Of a DNA stretch of 10,900 nucleotides, positions 7,460 to 10,900 are shown one piece after another. Every line of letters starts with the position of its first letter. Position 1 is the stretch's first letter. Under the pieces are notes generated by a model. It searched no databases. It saw only the letters and a program-made list of their open reading frames with translations, and was not told the origin of the DNA. The position numbers and the translations under genes were made by a program. The stretch is from Chlamydiota bacterium (GTDB lineage: Bacteria; Auribacterota; Tritonobacteria; UBA1439). The stretch covers positions 1 through 10,900 of the forward strand of contig JBAXOY010000101.1 of the NCBI GenBank assembly GCA_037133055.1, written 5' to 3'.

Positions 7460-7487
7460 AAATCCCAAATCCCAAAGCCCAAATCCC
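7460..7487. repeat. Heptamer tandem repeat (AAATCCC)x4 with one mismatch
   Basis: AAATCCC AAATCCC AAAGCCC AAATCCC. Confidence 0.9.
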
Positions 7488-7514
7488 AACATTTTGAGTA
7501 AGGGAAAACCCGTC

Positions 7515-10034
7515 TCAGGGCGCGAGCTCCCCCGGCGCGGTCGAGGTCTTGAGTTCCGCGGGGGCACGCTGCTGCTCGATCCACTCCCTGATCTGCTGCG
7601 CCCCCTGGGCATCGGGCCTGAGCCGGAGGTACTTTTCCCAGCACTCAGCCGCCTTCGCCCGGTCCCCGAGCGCCGACTGGTAGAGCCGGCCCAGGCTGAA
7701 ATACGCGGGGGCGAACGAGGGATCCTCCTGAAGCGCCCGATCGAACTCCGCCCGGGCGGCCTCGTAGTCCCCGAGCTCCCGGTACACGAGCCCGAGGTCG
7801 TGTCGCGCGCGCGCGTCGCGCGGGTCGCCCGCGACCGCTTTTTTGAGGCAGAGGGCGGCGCTCGTGAAGTCCCCCCGTGCGACGCAGGCGATGCCGAGGG
7901 TATACCACGCCTTCGCGTTGTCGGGCTGGAGCGCGATCACCCGGCGGAAACATTCGATCGCCCTGCCCGCGTCCCCGTATCCCTGGCATATCGCCCCGAG
8001 CGAGAAGAGGGCTTCCGCGTCATCGGGGTTCTTCCGTATCCGCGCCTCGAGATCTGCGGAGAGCTCCGCGTACTGTTTCCGGGCGCTCTCCTGCCGCATC
8101 TCCTTCAGTCCCTCCTGGCACTTCCTGAGATACTGGAGGACTTCCCGGCTCCGGTAGTCCGGCAGGGTGTTCCGGAGTTCCATCAGGGCGAGGGAGGCGC
8201 GGTCGTAATCACCGAGGGCTTCAGCCCATTTCCCCTCGAGTCTCCTGCCATCGGCCCGCGCCAGAAGATCTTCCGCCTCGCGATAGATGACTTCGCCGTT
8301 CGCCCCGGCCTTCTCCCCGCGCCTGGCCTCGCCGCCGCCGAACGGCCAGAACCACCGGCGTGCGGCCGGCGGCGGGGCGGCGGGCGAGGACAACGGCTGC
8401 GGGGCCGCGGGCTGCGCCGCCAAAGCGTTCGCCTGCCCCCCGGGGACGGGCATCGCCGCGAACCGGAACAGCCGCCACCACCCTCCCCGCGCCGGGGAGG
8501 CCGCAGCCGTATCGCCGGTCCCGGCCTCGCCCTTCACGGCGAGCCCCGCGCGCTGCTGGGCGTAATAGCCCTTGATGCGCGCATCCTCCTCGACCGACGC
8601 CTTCTCGATGTCGCCGAGTCCCGCGCGCAGTCTCTCGAGTGCGGCCTCCTGCTGCCGGGCGCGCTCCTCCTTCGCCGCGATCCCCTTCGCGGCGGTCTCC
8701 ATGATGGCCGACTCCGCCTCGGGGAGCGCGCCGATCTCGGAGAGTTTGTTCTGGGCCACCTGGAGTTCGAGCTGCGTGGCCCGCAGCGCCTCCTCCGTCT
8801 TCTCGACCAATGCCTCCGCGTCGAGGAGCGTCATGCGGTTGCGCGACAGCGCGCTCCTCTCCTTCAGGTCGAGGTATGCCTGCGCGAGCCGCTCGCGGAG
8901 CGCCCGTATCTTCTCGCGCCGCTCGTCCACCTCGAGGGTTTCATCCGGGGTGAGCGTCCGCGGCACCACGTAGCGCCAGAATGTCCACCGGGTGCGCCCC
9001 CGCGCCCTGATTTTCCCGATCGCCGAGTCCTGGCTCGCGATAAGCCGCTCGATCTCATTGACGGTGTCCTGCGCCTGCCTGACCGCCTCCGTCGACTCGA
9101 GCTTCCGCTCCTCCCGCTTTGCGATCTTCCGGGCCTTCTCCCCATACTGGGTGAGCGGATAGTCCCTGACGACCTCCTGCAGGTAGATGAGGGCCGCCCT
9201 GGGGTTGTCCCGCTCCTGATAAAAGCAGCCGATCTTGTAGAGGTTGCCGGCCTTCCTGCCCTGGAGCTCGTGTATCATGTCCTTGGCGGGCTCCGCGTTT
9301 TTGTCCGCGGGAAACTCCTCGACATACTCCCTCAGCTTGTTGATCGCCTCCTGGGCGGCCTCCTGGTCGTACTGGGCGGCGATCGCCTGGCGGTAGGCGC
9401 ACACCCCGAGCTGGTACTTCGCCGGGGCGATGAAGTCGCTGTGGGGATAGCGCGCGGGGACCTTTTCGAACTCGATCGAGGCCTCGGTGTAGTTCTTCTT
9501 CTCCATGTAGGCCAGTCCAAGGTTGTACTGGGCGTTCGGGGCGAGTTCGCTGAAGGGGGCGTTGGAGAGTATCTTCTGAAAGATGGCGATCGCGCGCTTG
9601 TACGAGCCGCTCGGGTTGATTGCGAGGAAGGCGACCGTCGTGCCCTTGAGGAAGAGGTTCCCGATCTTGAACTGGCGGTCGAGGATCAGGTTTACCTTGG
9701 GGTACGAGGGGAATTTATCGAGGACCACCTGGTAGGCGCTGAAGGCCGGGTAGTAGCGCTTCGTCTTCTCGAGCATCTCCGCGACCCTGAACTGGGCCTC
9801 GGCGGCGAGCGCGGATTCGCCGAAGTCGTCCACGAGTTTCTGGTAGGAGTCCATCGCCCCATTGGGATTGCCCGCCTTCTCGAGCGACTCGGCGTACTCG
9901 AACTGCTCCTGGGGGGTCGGGTACGAAAGGGGTTTGAACGGGCGCCAGAACGCGGCGGCGGGCGCGGAAAACGCCGCCGCGAAGGCGAGGACCGTCACTC
10001 CCCCGATCAGTGCGCCGCGCGTAGTCATCTTCAT
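7515..10034 (-). CDS. bamD: BamD/YfiO-like outer-membrane assembly protein fused to a long coiled coil and a C-terminal TPR array (839 aa)
   Basis: Signal peptide, then BamD-like TPRs (YQKLVDDFGESALAAEAQF, ILSNAPFSELAPNAQYNLG, YPHSDFIAPAKYQLG, YDQEAAQEA...EYVEEFP, KAGNLYKIGCFY...AALIYLQEVVRDYPLT), an E/R/A/L-rich coiled coil, a P/A linker and canonical TPRs (DDAEALFSLG, DNAKAWYTLG, ARHDLG, FAPAYFSLG). The start overlaps the pgpA stop (ATGA); ATG 10028 is an alternative start. Confidence 0.8.
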   Translation of the reverse strand: MKMTTRGALIGGVTVLAFAAAFSAPAAAFWRPFKPLSYPTPQEQFEYAESLEKAGNPNGAMDSYQKLVDDFGESALAAEAQFRVAEMLEKTKRYYPAFSAYQVVLDKFPSYPKVNLILDRQFKIGNLFLKGTTVAFLAINPSGSYKRAIAIFQKILSNAPFSELAPNAQYNLGLAYMEKKNYTEASIEFEKVPARYPHSDFIAPAKYQLGVCAYRQAIAAQYDQEAAQEAINKLREYVEEFPADKNAEPAKDMIHELQGRKAGNLYKIGCFYQERDNPRAALIYLQEVVRDYPLTQYGEKARKIAKREERKLESTEAVRQAQDTVNEIERLIASQDSAIGKIRARGRTRWTFWRYVVPRTLTPDETLEVDERREKIRALRERLAQAYLDLKERSALSRNRMTLLDAEALVEKTEEALRATQLELQVAQNKLSEIGALPEAESAIMETAAKGIAAKEERARQQEAALERLRAGLGDIEKASVEEDARIKGYYAQQRAGLAVKGEAGTGDTAAASPARGGWWRLFRFAAMPVPGGQANALAAQPAAPQPLSSPAAPPPAARRWFWPFGGGEARRGEKAGANGEVIYREAEDLLARADGRRLEGKWAEALGDYDRASLALMELRNTLPDYRSREVLQYLRKCQEGLKEMRQESARKQYAELSADLEARIRKNPDDAEALFSLGAICQGYGDAGRAIECFRRVIALQPDNAKAWYTLGIACVARGDFTSAALCLKKAVAGDPRDARARHDLGLVYRELGDYEAARAEFDRALQEDPSFAPAYFSLGRLYQSALGDRAKAAECWEKYLRLRPDAQGAQQIREWIEQQRAPAELKTSTAPGELAP

Positions 10035-10339
10035 CCCTTGAGCGCCAGCAGGGCCAACCCCAGCCGGAGCGCCAGGTTGGCGTAGATCCCCGCGACGAGG
10101 TCATCCATCATGATCCCCCACCCGCCCCGCAAACCCTGCAGCCTGTCGGCCGGGAACGGCTTGACGATGTCCATGACGCGGTTGAGGATGAACCCCGCGA
10201 GGAGCGCCCATGCCGTGAGCGGGAGGAACGCGAAGGTGATCATCACGCTCGCCGTCTCGTCGATGACGACCCTCGGCGGACCCTTCTCCCCGAACGCCTT
10301 CTCCGCGGCCGTGCCCGCGGCGACCCCGGCGATGAAGGT
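10031..10339 (-). pseudogene. pgpA: Phosphatidylglycerophosphatase A, 5'-truncated (C-terminal ~100 codons only)
   Basis: AEKAFGEKGPPRVVIDE, RVMDIVKPFP, LQGLRGGWGIMMDDLVAGIYA are PgpA signatures. The N-terminal GxxPxAPGTxGS region is absent; upstream in-frame residues are the antisense of the GH81-like fragment. Confidence 0.8.
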
Positions 10340-10589
10340 CGAACCTGGCAACTCGCGCGCCTTCCTCCAGCACTGGGTGGACACCTTAAACAGCCTGGGA
10401 GCCATCGACAAGGGCGTGACGGCCGATTACCCGCTGTACAACGTCTATACCAAGGCCGGACGCAGAATCTATGTCGTATACAACCTGACCGACAAGCCCT
10501 TGGCGGTGAAGTTCAGCGACGGCACGCGGATTGACTGCGCGACCAGGGGGTTCAAGTCCGTCTCGAAAACTACCCACTTGGGGAGCTAG
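10332..10589 (+). pseudogene. C-terminal fragment of a GH81-like endo-beta-1,3-glucanase
   Basis: KVEPGNSRAFLQHWVDTLNSLGAIDKGVTADYPLYNVYTKAGRRIYVVYNLTDKPLAVKFSDG matches the recalled C-terminus of bacterial GH81 proteins (E.G.S.A...HW...L..LG..D..VTAD.P.Y.VF.K.G...YV.YN......V.FSDG). Only ~85 codons are present. Confidence 0.7.
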
Positions 10590-10718
10590 GCGGGGCGGGG
10601 CGCGGGTGCTAACTTAGGCGCACGAAGGTCACGAACTGGGCAGCCCATTCAAGTCATTGAAAGCCGCCCGCGTGGTCCGCTGATAACCCAGAAAACAAAA
10701 CTGAAAGCACAGGAAAAC

Positions 10719-10900
10719 ATGAATGCAACGAACTCCAAAACCGTGGGCCGCTCCTGGGTGGCCAAGTTCCCGAATTCCTTGAAGCCAGAAAAACGTGCCT
10801 TTTTGAAAGACGCCACCTTCGCCAGTCTCCTGGGTGCGCTGGCTTTTCTGCTCGCGGGCCAGGAGGCCAAGGCAACCACCAACGTGATCCAAAATGGCTC
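10719..10900 (+). CDS. N-terminus of a secreted protein, possibly starting with a carbohydrate-binding-type module (partial)
   Basis: AGGA then ATG 10719: MNATNSKTVGRSWVAKFPNSLKPEKRAFLKDATFASLLGALAFLLAGQEAKA|TTNVIQNG. Hydrophobic core, AxA cleavage site and an NxIxNG start; open to the window edge. Confidence 0.6.
   Translation, partial: MNATNSKTVGRSWVAKFPNSLKPEKRAFLKDATFASLLGALAFLLAGQEAKATTNVIQNG

Noticed and set aside
7494..10085. 863-aa plus-strand ORF
   Set aside because: In-register antisense shadow of the BamD-like gene, typical of high-GC DNA.
10629..10892. Minus-strand ORFs of 73-87 aa
   Set aside because: Antisense to the plus-strand signal-peptide ORF starting at 10719; no motifs.
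1..10900. CRISPR array, tRNA, rRNA or defence system
   Set aside because: No regularly spaced 25-45 bp repeats, cloverleaf, rRNA-like sequence or defence-gene motifs were seen.

Overview
GC-rich bacterial window, mostly a cell-envelope biogenesis region. Reading the minus strand from right to left: a 5'-truncated pgpA, an unusually long (839 aa) BamD-like/coiled-coil/TPR protein, and lptE. rpsT lies on the plus strand, convergent with lptE and divergent from murJ. murJ is followed on the minus strand by a DUF4282-like membrane protein, a decayed IS66-family transposase fragment carrying a 30-bp double-palindrome insertion, a DUF2079-like GT-C-type membrane protein, and a YfhO-like GT-C membrane protein. 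The YfhO-like gene runs off the left edge and is missing from the ORF track. Near 10335 the sequence changes abruptly: pgpA loses its N-terminus and sits back-to-back with the C-terminal fragment of a GH81-like beta-1,3-glucanase on the plus strand, followed by the start of a secreted protein. This points to a chimeric join or a deletion. Four consecutive intergenic spacers carry short 7- or 14-bp-period tandem repeats. All family assignments come from motifs I recall, not from database searches.
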